Shown piece after piece: positions 53,888 through 64,000 of a stretch of DNA of 64,000 bases. Source of the DNA: Paramoeba atlantica (Eukaryota; Protista; Discosea); the NCBI GenBank assembly GCA_977017575.1, contig CDRNVI010000021.1:62001-126000 (forward strand). Reading direction: 5' to 3'. How positions within the stretch are numbered: the first letter of the stretch is position 1; every line of letters starts with the position of its first letter. A program made the position numbers and the translations under genes. The notes under the pieces are model-generated. The model did not search any database, was not told where the DNA came from, and was given only the letters and a program-made list of their open reading frames with translations.

Positions 53888-56144
53888 TTATACAGCGAAC
53901 TGGAGCGCCCCCTTGTCCTTCTCAAGGTAATTCCGAAGTTGTGAATATAGTATGGCACCATTTTGCTCCTGTAGCAAAAGTTGTAGCTCAAGCTGAAGCT
54001 GCTGTCGAGGTACGCTGCCCGCATCTGCGAGGGCCATTAACAGCGACTTCGTATTGAAATGGAGGGATCCACCAGAGAGGATGGGAATACATCTGAATTT
54101 TTCTTTCGCGATTTTATTTGTTGCGACATAAGTATCGTGTTTTCGTTTGATGGCGTCCCGGAATAGCTTATTGCATTTCGTTCCCAAATTTGAAGGCGCT
54201 AATTCATGTACCACGGTGAAATCGTAATATATTTCTCCATCATTCCAGTAAATTACGAGATCTAGTCCAGAGCGGCGAAAAGATTTCCCTCCGCACACTT
54301 TACTATGTGTCTGCCTGTATTCCGGCCCGACTACTTCATTGCATTGCGTGCACCGATACGTTGAATATAGGCGCGGTTCCTTCTCACAAGGAATGCCAGC
54401 TTTCAAGCTTAACTCATAGAGGAAATTCACTAGCGTGCTATGTTTCACGGTTGCGTTGAGCCCTGAGCATTTTGTGCAGCCTGCTATATGCGTCAGAATG
54501 GAACCGGATGTTAGTAGAACTTTGCATCCTGGGCATAACATTCGGGGTGGAAGTTCCGGATGAGTTAGACCTAGTCTAGGTAAAAGTGCCAGAGTGAATA
54601 GATGAGATGGCACAAACCGTGCGCTTGACATGATCCATCCGTAGTTTCCTTTATGCGTCGTTGCTTGCAATATAGATGCCATGTGAGATTCCGACTCCGT
54701 GAGTTGCACCCAAGTTTTCGCGTGTATCTCTGCCGCCTGCGTTGATTCGTCTACTGGTACGTCCTTATGCATGTTGGCATTCGCTTCTTGGAATTCCCCA
54801 GTCCGAACTGAATTGGTTTTTGGGCGTTCAAGAACTGTGAATTTCGAAGATTCATATGCCGCTTTGCGGGTAGGTAGACACGCAGTCAGACCCAGGCCTC
54901 ATTTCTTTACAGGTAGTCTAAGTAGCGAAATCTGGTCGTCGGATAGCTTTCCAAACCACGAAGTGAGAACTTCCGCAATGGCATTGTCAAAATTGAACGT
55001 TAATGCCTCAGTCGCAGTTGGGTTATGTACACGCATGTGATAAGTTTGCCGTACGTTTACACATTTTGACAGCAATTGGGTTGACACGTTGTTTGCTCCC
55101 ATGAGCTTGAGTCTCCTGAAAATTGCATCGTGCTTTTTGAATGTACTTAAAAGTTTCTCACTAACTTTATCATCATCTCCTATAAAAGCTCCGAGTGTTT
55201 TCAGTGCATCTTCTTCATTTCTCACCCCTGCATCCCTGATGTCATCAGGTAAAGGCTCCTTGTTTACCCCGCTGAACCAGACGCACTTCTCAGTTGATAC
55301 GAGGAGATCTTCCGCTGCCAGCAGTTCTTTTAGGCGTACAAAAGCTTTGCTTAAGAGTTGCGTGTCGTGGGAAGCGAGGTTAATATCATCAACGTATGCA
55401 GCAATCGTGATGTCAGGGAATTCTGCAGCCAAAGTTTCAATAATTGGTTGTAAAAAGGCGCAATTGGGACACTTCCTTTTGGGACAATTTGATAGACGGG
55501 CTGTCCATGACTCCGGTGGCATGAGTGCGTGGCCCGGGTGAATTCGCGCTGGACTCTATATTGTCGCGTTCCTCGCTGTCGGCCCCGGACACTGCACCCA
55601 GCTGAGAAAGATTGATGCCCTTCGGGCGTTTCTTCTTTTTACGGCCTTTACTGCTACCCTTTACTGAGAAGCGAAGATCAGGAGGCGTGAGATCGGGAAA
55701 AACTAGCCTGTTATCAGCATAGTCATATTCGGCACAGCCTTCCCTGCGGTTATGGCGCTCGTACTTCTCCTTCACAGCCCTGCTAGAGGACTTTAATTGG
55801 CTGAGTGAAGAGGAATTGGCTCCTTCGAATTGGAACTCGAGGCTTTCCGTCGGGCGGACACTGGAGAACAGTTCTTCTTCGGTGGTAGCATTCTGGTGTC
55901 CTGTGTCTGGCGTTTCGCCTTCTGTGGAGTTCTTAATGTCGCAGGCAATCTTGTCAGCGCGCTCCAATAATTCAGATGAGGGATCAGGTGGAAGTGGCGT
56001 GGTATAAAGACTCTCCTCGAATGTACTCACCCCTTCGACTAGATCTTTATTGGCTTCAAATTGATCCCAAGAGCCAAGCTTGTGCGCGCTAGCTTCGTGC
56101 TGGAAGTCGGTACCCTGCTTAGCTTTGGACCGGGTTGTCACCAT
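53888..56144 (-). pseudogene. CRE lineage 2 copy d with internal deletions (ATG 56144; RT part; REL 54772-53888)
   Basis: MVTTRSKAK start, AYVDD, CPGC, RSGLDL..YYDF. Confidence 0.82.
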
Positions 56145-56177
56145 AGGGCGTAAGGATGATATAAAGAGAAAAGAAAT

Positions 56178-56219
56178 CAACAAGGTACAACAAGGTACAG
56201 AAACCTTATCTTTATCGTT
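56178..56219 (-). other. Spliced-leader-like motif at the 5' end of CRE copy d
   Basis: AACGATAAAGATAAGGTTTCTGTACCTTGTTG plus a 10-nt duplication; ATG 33 nt downstream. Confidence 0.7.
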
Positions 56220-56699
56220 AAAGATTTCTTCCTCTTTCTTCCTCTTTCTTCCTCTTTTTTTTTTTGATATTTCCTGCCGTTGACTTTTTCTACGACGTAT
56301 TTCTTGAACTTCTTATCAATAACTTGCTGCATCAGTGCTGTCTTAATATATATACACGAGCTCGCGTTGAAGGCCGGCTTGATGATGATGATGATGAATT
56401 AGGCAATATATCTCCGAGGAGATGTTACCTCCCTAGAACAAGCCTCCCCTTATCGCTTGCTAGGAGCTGTGCCACGCAGCACGCAAGTCAAATCCGAAGA
56501 TTTGACCAGATCGAGCGCGAGCAGCCAGCTTATCTTTTTTTATCCCCTTTTATATACTACAAGAGAATATTCTTTATGAAAAAACACTTCTTTTGAAGTG
56601 AAAAAACACAACACACTCCAAAGATTATGCTGAATGACACCCACCCTAGTTTCTTAGTACCTTGTTATATCCGGTACTGGGCGGTGTCATTCTCACGCT

Positions 56700-57050
56700 G
56701 CGATGTCTGGGAAGGCCGGCTTGCCATGTGAAAGAGAACCCCGCCAATTCACCTCATATCGATGTACGGCGTGCTCTGAAAGTTTTGCACCGCACCAAAA
56801 GCGCAATCATGAGCGAAAATGCGGAACAGGAAGGATACAACGCTCCGGACCCGACTTAGTAATATACTGGGCATCTGGCGAGAAATATTACGATCTGACA
56901 ATTGCTCATGAGTTAAGCCCCTCCAATCAAGGCAAGCGCGGCCATCGCTTGATGCAAGATGCGATCAAACGAAAGCAAGTAACGTACGTCAATTCGGGTT
57001 TAATACCGGGAAACAAATTTGAATGCCTTCCCTTGCTTTCCGGGTCTTAA
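56700..57050 (+). pseudogene. CRE endonuclease fragment
   Basis: CEREPR, CTAC, RSGPDL..YYDL. Confidence 0.8.
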
Positions 57051-57167
57051 CAAAAGAAAGGGTCTTAACAAAAGGTCAAAAGCGTCACGAAGATGCCCAA
57101 GGTGTGGACTCCTTCCACGAAACTCACGAATCTCCTCTTATAAAAATGGTTTTTACGTACAATAATC

Positions 57168-58000
57168 TTGCCGTTAACTTTTTCTACGACGTATTTCTTG
57201 AACTTCTTATCAATAACTTGCTGCATCAGTGCTGTCTTAATATATATATATATATACATGTATATATGTTATGTAAATGCGCCAATTACTATCTCAAGTT
57301 CTGAAAAATCTATCCTGACTGCAGGCTTTAGAAGCTCTTCCCCTCTTTAGAAGCTCTTTATATAGCGAACTGGAGCGCCCCCTTGTCCTTCTCAAGGTAA
57401 TTCCGAAGTTGTGAATATAGTATGGCACCATTTTGCTCCTGTAGCAAAAGTTGTAGCTCAAGCTGAAGCTGCTGTCGAGGTACGCTGCCCGCATCTGCGA
57501 GGGCCATTAACAGCGACTTCGTATTGAAATGGAGGGATCCACCAGAGAGGATGGGAATACATCTGAATATTTCTTTCGCGATTTTATTCGTTGCGACATA
57601 AGTATCGTGTTTTCGTTTGATGGCGTCCCGGAATAGCTTATTGCATTTCGTTCCCAAATTCATGTACCACGGTGAAATCGTAATATATTTCTCCATCATT
57701 CCAGTAAATTACGAGATCTGGGTTTTTTTTTAATTCCCTTGTAATGAAAAGACTCATCATTATGCGAGGACTGTTTTTATCCAAGACATTTGTATATATG
57801 ATTTACTATGTGTCCGGGCATTTTGATATACCTTTAATTTTTAATATCTGTAGTTCCCTTGCAGTAATTTTAAGTTTCCCTCAAGTTGGGTGGGCAAGAT
57901 TTTTCTATTCTTCACTACTTAACCCGGCACGTGCTCCTAGAAAGTTGCGCAATTGGGAGAACACGATAGCACCGTTTTGCTCCTGTAGATTGAGCGCGAA
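57168..58000. repeat. Local duplications: 57168-57245 ~ 56270-56350; 57240-57715 ~ 53745-54260; 57778-58000 ~ 47860-48080
   Basis: Near-identical sequence by inspection. Confidence 0.85.
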
Positions 58001-58309
58001 GATCTGGTCCAGAGCGGCTTCCTCCTCCCTCTAAGGTCCTGCAGATTTTTTACGGTCACAGGGTACGTTCGTCGAAGGTCCCCCCTAGCCCTTAAGCACA
58101 TCGAAAGTTGTACACTTTCGATGAATCTTCATCGAAGGTGTTTTTGACTTTTTTTGACTTTTTGTTTTTGAACGAATTTTTCCATTGGCTGTTGAAAACA
58201 CGTTGCATGAAACATATAATTTCATTTTAAATTCAATAATTTTTTTTTTGTCTGAATTCTGACTTTCCGTTTTCTTTCACATTTTGGCTGGGGGGAAAAA
58301 AACAATTAA

Positions 58310-59525
58310 TAAGGGGGGAGAAGTATGAATCGCGGCATTGCCTCTATATTTTGACCCAGTAGACGAACCAAGTACATAGTAGGTCCATTGGGGGGGTATA
58401 TGAATTTAAAACAAGCAATCAAATTAGCAATTTTTTATTTTTTATTTTTTATAATCCCTATTCAAAAATAATCCCGCCTGAATTTCAATCCGTAAACATT
58501 TAAGCTTACGCGTCTTTGTAAGCTGAATCTAAAGATGAAATAAGCTAATACTTTTATTTTTTTCTGATGATTAGAGACTAATTTTCTGCGTCTGCCGATT
58601 TGATCAATAGCTATGCATCTGGGCATAGACTTCGTTTCCATTTAAGTCTTGAAGCATCAATTTGAATTCCATTTCCACTCTCCCTCGATCCAGCATTGCC
58701 GCATCCGCCAACGCGTGAAGTACGAACCTCGTGTTTTGGTGATGAGATCCGCAAGAAAGCACAGGTAGACACTGGAAGGCGTAATCAGGAATCATTCCAG
58801 TGGCGACGTACGTTTCATTCTTGAGTGCGATGACATCTTGCAGAAGTTTCGTGCAAGTCTTGTTTTGGTTGGATGATGATAATTCATGGACTACCGATAG
58901 GTCATAGAAAATTTCGCCCGTGTTCCAGAATACCACCAGATCAGGCCCCGAACGATAATATTGCCTTCCTTTGCAAGTTTTTTCATGGATCGCTTTGTTT
59001 TCCGGAGGAACCTGTGTACCACACTCACCGCATCGCCATGTGCTGAACGCTCTAGGTTCCCTCTCGCAGGGAATGCCCGCCTTTCCGCATAAATCGAAAA
59101 TATACTTGACCAGGGCGTTATGTTTCGTCGTGGCGTTTATACCCGCACACCGCACGCAGCCTGGAATGTGCAACAACGCGGTCTGATTGGTGAGCACCAT
59201 TTTGCACCCCGGACATAACAGTCTGTCCGGGAGTCGTGGATGGCCAATTCCCAATCTAGCCATGATAGCAATTTCGAAATGATGGGATGGCACTAAACGT
59301 ACATCAGACGTGATCCAATCATAGCTGCCTTTTCGGGTCGTTGCCCTTAGGATCTTAGAGATGAATGGGTCCTTCTTTATTTTCTCCAAAAAATTTTTGC
59401 AATAAATAGGGGGGGAGAAGTATAAAACGCGGCATTGCCTCTATATTTTTACTCAGTAGACGAACCAAGTAGGTCCATTGGGGGGGGTATATGATTTGTA
59501 AACAAGCAATCAAATTAGCAATTTC
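58310..59525 (-). repeat. ~125-bp direct repeats (58310-58435, 59405-59525) flanking a CRE fragment; their end matches 3755-3790
   Basis: Shared TTAAAACAAGCAATCAAATTAGCAATT motif, which is the distal 3' end of CRE lineage 1. Confidence 0.7.
58604..59389 (-). pseudogene. CRE lineage 2 CCHC-REL fragment
   Basis: CPGC, KHN, CGEC, RSGPDL..FYDL. Confidence 0.85.
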
Positions 59526-62235
59526 ACATGTTGTAGCCCAAAACTAATAATTCAACCTGCCTTAAGTTACAGTATTTATGATTTTGATAACAATAATAAT
59601 AAAAAGAAGCAATTTATGCCCAATCCATTCGCGCGTTCCGGACCGGGTCTTTCGACCACTCCTCGGCCTGACTTGTGAACCCTTCCCTTGTTATATGGGA
59701 GGGCGCAGGCGCGGGCCTGTGTCGACAGCGACACGGTCACGAAACAGGATGCTGGCCGACGGGGAGGAGATTCACTACCCGTGTACTACCTCACTTGGGG
59801 TACCTAGCCCTCGCGGGCTAGGCGTGAGCATAGACTCTGTCGACCCGACCAGCATCCGGGCTCACATTGGAGAACCTCACTCATGAGAGCAAGGCTTGAG
59901 AATAGGTGGGTAAGACACTGGGTAGGGGCTTATGCCCCTACCAAAGACCCCGCTGGATCCGCCACGGGGATGCGTGACACCATCATCCGGGCCTTCTCCC
60001 TGTGCCACCCCCTGTGCCGCCCTCTCTCCAGCTTCCTGTGCCACCCCTTGCGCCGCCCCTTGTGCTGCCGCCCGAGAATGGCGACCCCGGTACCGAACAT
60101 AACAAGGTACTAAAAAACTAGGGTAGGCGTCATTCACGCTTTTTTGAACGTACTTTTTTCTTTTTTTCTGCGACTTGCAACTAGCCCATGATAACGGGGC
60201 TAGGGTAACAATTTGGAGAGATACGAGCTCGTTGAAGCTGAGGATCCAAGTCCGCTCGAGTGGACACCACCCTAGAAGACTTGGTCCGTTGAAGCTGAGG
60301 TGCTAAAACCGTTGAAGCTGAGAGTCGACACTCCCAAACTATGCCAGCAAGCAGGCAAGGGGTCAAGGAGCACTGCTTTTTTCCAGTGTCGGGGTGTGGC
60401 GAACCCCACCCACCTAGCTAATCCAGCTTCCCGCAGCGGACTTTCAGTCTGCGCGTTAGCTGGATCGGCTTGCATCGGCTCTGTGCTGCGCTCCTTTTAG
60501 GTCTGCGCATGGGTCGTGCGGGTCGGAGCTACCTTCGGCTCTCTCCGAGGAGGCAACACCCCGTCTACGAGGTTTTTACCTGATAACATAACACACATAA
60601 CATCCGGGCCTGCGAACGCATGAGCGTAACATTCAGCTCCGTCAAGAGTTCATTTCGCGCTTGGCTCCGTGACAGAAACCCTTTGGACGCATTCGCCCGT
60701 TGCGTTCCGATATCCCGGAGTAACGCTAGGGCACTTTCACTCCAGGACCCAAAGGACTCTACAACCATTGCCGTGAAGAGATGTCCGGCTTCGTCTGCTT
60801 CTTGTCGCTGTCGCGCCTTGGTCTCGGCATAGTGCGCGGCAAAAGCCCCTGGGGTCACCCAGCTAGCATTACGGACTGAGTCCAAATACTTTAATTGCTG
60901 GGCGTGGGTGACCGCAAAGTCCAATACCATGCCTTGCGCCAGAGTCCCTTTTGCCAAGGATGCAGTGGGCAGGAAGACATCCGCAGGCCTCGTGAGAGCT
61001 CCTCCGGGGCCTCGGTTTCCGAGACTCATCTCGCGCCGTGGTCCCAATTGGGCCTTGGAACAGAAAGATGAGAATTGTTGTGCCAGGGCGTTGTGGCGGG
61101 CGATGATGCCATGTCCATTTTTACAGAGCAAGGCGTGTTCACCGTTCTTGAGGAGAGGGAGGGTACAGCCTTCGGCCGGACAAGGCCTATCCTCTGGGAA
61201 AACATCCACCCCCAGCCACCAACGTGATAGCGTCCGGAACTCCGTGGGGGTGAAAGCCAACCCTCTTTGCTTTGAGGGTGTCACAAAAGCCCAGTTTCCG
61301 GCCCCTTTACCTGACTGAGAAACCCAGCGTGCCCTCGTTCGGGCGTCTGCCCTTGCGTAAGCAGCATAGAACTCCTGTTCAGCGATTGCGTGGCTCAGGT
61401 GTTTTTGTCGTGGTACGATGGTTTCTGGTTCTGTGATGTCGGGTAAAAGGGGGTGGCGGAGGGAATGGGAAAGCTTTCTTTTCGCCGGGTGTGACTGGGC
61501 GTCCCGTGCCTCGTTGGGGTAGTCTGGTGAGCTTGGCTTGAGGATACGTCCAGTATACAGATCGATCAGGACAGTCCCAACTTTTTGATTTATTTCGCGT
61601 GCCGAATCAAGAAACCCCTCAGCTTCGGCTGAATCCCACTTATCCTTGTCGGCGGCAAAAGCCACAGAAGAAACGTATGCGGCCGAGTGGTAAAGCGACG
61701 ATGAGCGAAGGCCGAATCCCCCGTAACGTTTGGGCCGTTGTAGTTGGTCAAGGGCGGGAAGATCAAGAAGAAAAAGTGCGTGTTCCACAGCGCGCATGAG
61801 GTGAAAATCCAGCTGACGACAGAGTTCTCCGAGGCCTTGGGGAGGGGTGGTACGCAGTGCGTATACCATTTGGCAGAATCCGGCGCACTGCCTTATAAGG
61901 GCGAGGGCCACTTGCGGGTCTTCTATCAAGGAGATGGCTTCCAACGTGTCGCGGGCTGGCTCGATCGCGTGTGTCCTTAGGAAAGTCGCACAGTGTTCTG
62001 CAGAGCCCACCGGACTCCCAAGGATATCAAAGTTTCCGTCATACCTTATTTTGTCGCTAGGAATGTCGGGGAAAAAGGAAGAGGTGTGGGCAGACGCAGG
62101 CGGGGTGATGATTTCACATTTTGAGAGGTTCAGAAAGAGTCCCCACGGAGTTCCCACTTCCGCGAGAACGTCTAGTGCCTTCCGGACTTCCTGTGGTTCG
62201 CCAATGATCACACCATCATCGAGATACCATAACTG
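59500..62235 (-). mobile_element. CRE lineage 1 copy b (5'-truncated; ORF 62235-60601; insertion 59862-60600; conserved 3' UTR)
   Basis: WYLDDG onward, collinear with copy a. Confidence 0.88.
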
Positions 62236-62911
62236 TGTTTTTTTTTTTTGCAAATAATTGGGGGGAATAGTATTGAGTCTAACTTTTTATGTATGGAGTC
62301 CAACTTTTCCACAATTTCCACACTTACGGCCCTTCACTTTCCCTTACTCCCCATACTTTCCACACCTACTCCTCTTAGCCCTCTCGTACTTCCCTTCCCC
62401 CACTCCCTACCCCACTCACCGATCCGCATGCACCCAGGCCCGTATGGTCCTGCACCTCCGCTCCCACCCCGTTAGCAGTAATAAATACTTTTGGTTGCCG
62501 TACGAGGGTGGGAGACGTGGAGGCCACGAAACACAAAGACGTCGTCACGCCGAGGGAGAAGAGCGCGGAGAGAGACACGGGGGGACTGACGCAGGGGCGA
62601 GAGGAGGCGAAGCACGGGCCCATCTGCCAGGAACTCTGCCCCCACCCCGTGAGCAAGTATTGTATACTTTTGGCTGCTGACACGGGGGTGGGGGACGCGA
62701 GAGAGAAACACAACAGGGGGACAAGCGCACTGCGGAGGGAGGGTGAGGTGGGGGGATGCGGCGCAGGGGGGTGATGGGACGAGACGGGGAAGGGGGATGC
62801 CGACAAAAAGGAGTGTATTTGAGGGGGGTGCCCTCCCATGGTCTGGAAGATGGTGTATGGAAGAAAAGGGGAAATAATTCAACAAGGTACAGAAACTGTA
62901 TCTTTATCGTT
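62236..62911 (-). mobile_element. SL-like leader + 154-aa ORF (62839-62375) + G-rich tail + poly(A): candidate retroposed unit
   Basis: SL-like 62911-62880, ATG 40 nt later, A-run 62250-62236; partial second copy at 27144. Confidence 0.55.
62880..62911 (-). other. Best spliced-leader-like motif
   Basis: AACGATAAAGATACAGTTTCTGTACCTTGTTG: CAGTTTCTGTAC core + 7 nt ending TTG, as in kinetoplastid/diplonemid SL exons (recalled, not searched). Confidence 0.75.
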
Positions 62912-62975
62912 TTTTTTTTTCGTACATGGAGAAAATCTTTGCCACAACCGCCTCGACCGCCACCCGGTGTCCAAG

Positions 62976-63144
62976 TGTGCACCACTGTCACATCATAGAG
63001 TATCTCCCCAACATTTGGCCACATTATGGCCAGATCAGGGCCTGAACGAATTCTCCGAGCACGACAAGGGTGATGTTCTGCAGCTTCAGGTGAAATGGAA
63101 CATTTGCACTTCGTGCAGAAGAAGGAAGAATGAAGGCGTGGTTC
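62976..63144 (-). pseudogene. CRE lineage 2 REL fragment close to 21740-21900
   Basis: EPRLHSSFFCTKCKC..RSGPDLAIMWP. Confidence 0.8.
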
Positions 63145-63850
63145 TTTTTTTTTTTTTTTTTTTTTCGTACATGGAGAAAATCTTTGCCACAACCGCCTCG
63201 ACCGCCACCCGGTGTCCAACCGGCAGGCTTTTCTTGGTCGAGTGAGCTGGCCACCTTCCAGTGGCAAGATGAATGGGTGTTTCCACCCACGCACCTCAGG
63301 GGAGACACCCCATTACAGGGTAGTGCGAGACTTGCATACCAGAGTTTTGTTGAATCTCGGATTGCGTCAGAGACTCTGGTAGCTCACTCGCTAAAAACTC
63401 CACTGCTCCGGGTTGTTAGTCCAGGAGCGCTCCTAGCGTGGAGAAACGAAGGGTCTAGCCTAGAAAAAAGGATCTAGTCCCTTCGCTTCTCCGGGAGATG
63501 GGGAGGGATAAAACCTCAGCTAGCACCAATGCCGTTCCACCTCCACCGAGGGGGTAGGGTTAGCGCGCTCGCTAACAACACACATGCCTTGGCGACGGGA
63601 TGCTACCCCGTCTATGCCCCGGAACGCGGTTAAGGACGCCGCGAACAAGGGTTGAACAGGAATAGGAACGGACACATTCCCTCCTGCCAGCTCGGAAACC
63701 CTTACGTCGGAAGGCTGGGGTCGCCACGCCCCATCACCGGCAACGGTCCAATGCCGGGCTCCTGACCTCGTCTTCCCCTTCTGACGCACCCAAAATATGA
63801 TAAATAAGATATGCCGTGGCAATGGCGATCCAGTTAGGATAAACAAAAAG
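63145..63850 (-). other. Structured non-coding tail ending in poly(A); its last 55 nt recur at 62912-62975
   Basis: GNRA hairpins on the minus strand; A20 tail. Confidence 0.55.
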
Positions 63851-63854
63851 GGGG

Positions 63855-64000
63855 TAGAGCCCTGCCTAAGCCCCGTCGAACTTGGGACAATTCCGACGAG
63901 TTTACTTTCCGAGCCATAGTACAATAATTCGGATGCTCCAGCATACTCAACTTCGAAATACCTTTGAAATGGGCGCAGTGCGCTAAACGCGAATACATGC
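63855..64000 (-). pseudogene. CRE RT fragment
   Basis: LRPFQRYFEVEY..ELLYYG..SSTGLRQGS. Confidence 0.75.

Noticed and set aside
56640-56670. TAGTACCTTGTTAT (also 60100) as further SL motifs
   Set aside because: Lacks the TTTCTGTAC core; belongs to a separate repeated fragment
60230-60322. Three 13-bp repeats as a CRISPR-like array
   Set aside because: Repeats too short, spacers 44 and 10 bp, eukaryotic retroelement context, no cas genes
1-64000. rRNA, tRNA, telomeric arrays, host housekeeping genes, Fanzor/TnpB
   Set aside because: No recognisable motifs; most short ORFs in the track are antisense or alternative frames of retroelement genes

Overview
This 64 kb window contains no recognisable host genes. 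It is a nest of retrotransposons from a eukaryote that is probably a euglenozoan (kinetoplastid/diplonemid-like); that assignment rests on three spliced-leader (SL)-like motifs and on the element types. Two classes dominate. (1) CRE/SLACS-clade non-LTR elements (RT + CCHC + PD-(D/E)xK restriction-like endonuclease): about 15 copies or fragments in two lineages, several near full length. (2) Tyrosine-recombinase (YR) retrotransposons with VIPER gene order (gag-CCHC, YR, RT/RNase H) and split direct repeats A1-ORFs-B1-A2-B2: at least five repeat families, one apparently intact (10263-15250), plus a structurally different TATE/DIRS-like element (42564-46209). The YR elements insert precisely, without target duplication, and nest inside one another and inside CRE ORFs. 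The most striking undescribed-looking signals are: a covarying hairpin with a fixed 16-nt loop (TNNNAGTYYACG-N4) formed at the B|A junction of otherwise unalignable families; a conserved C-rich A2-B2 spacer; tetraloop hairpins in the A repeats; ~430-bp A-B mini-elements; a YxDG RT active-site motif in all six VIPER-like RTs; and SL-like exons directly upstream of element ORFs. All alignments and folds were done by eye. Family names are inferred from motifs, not from database searches. Some homopolymer frameshifts and junctions may be sequencing or assembly errors.
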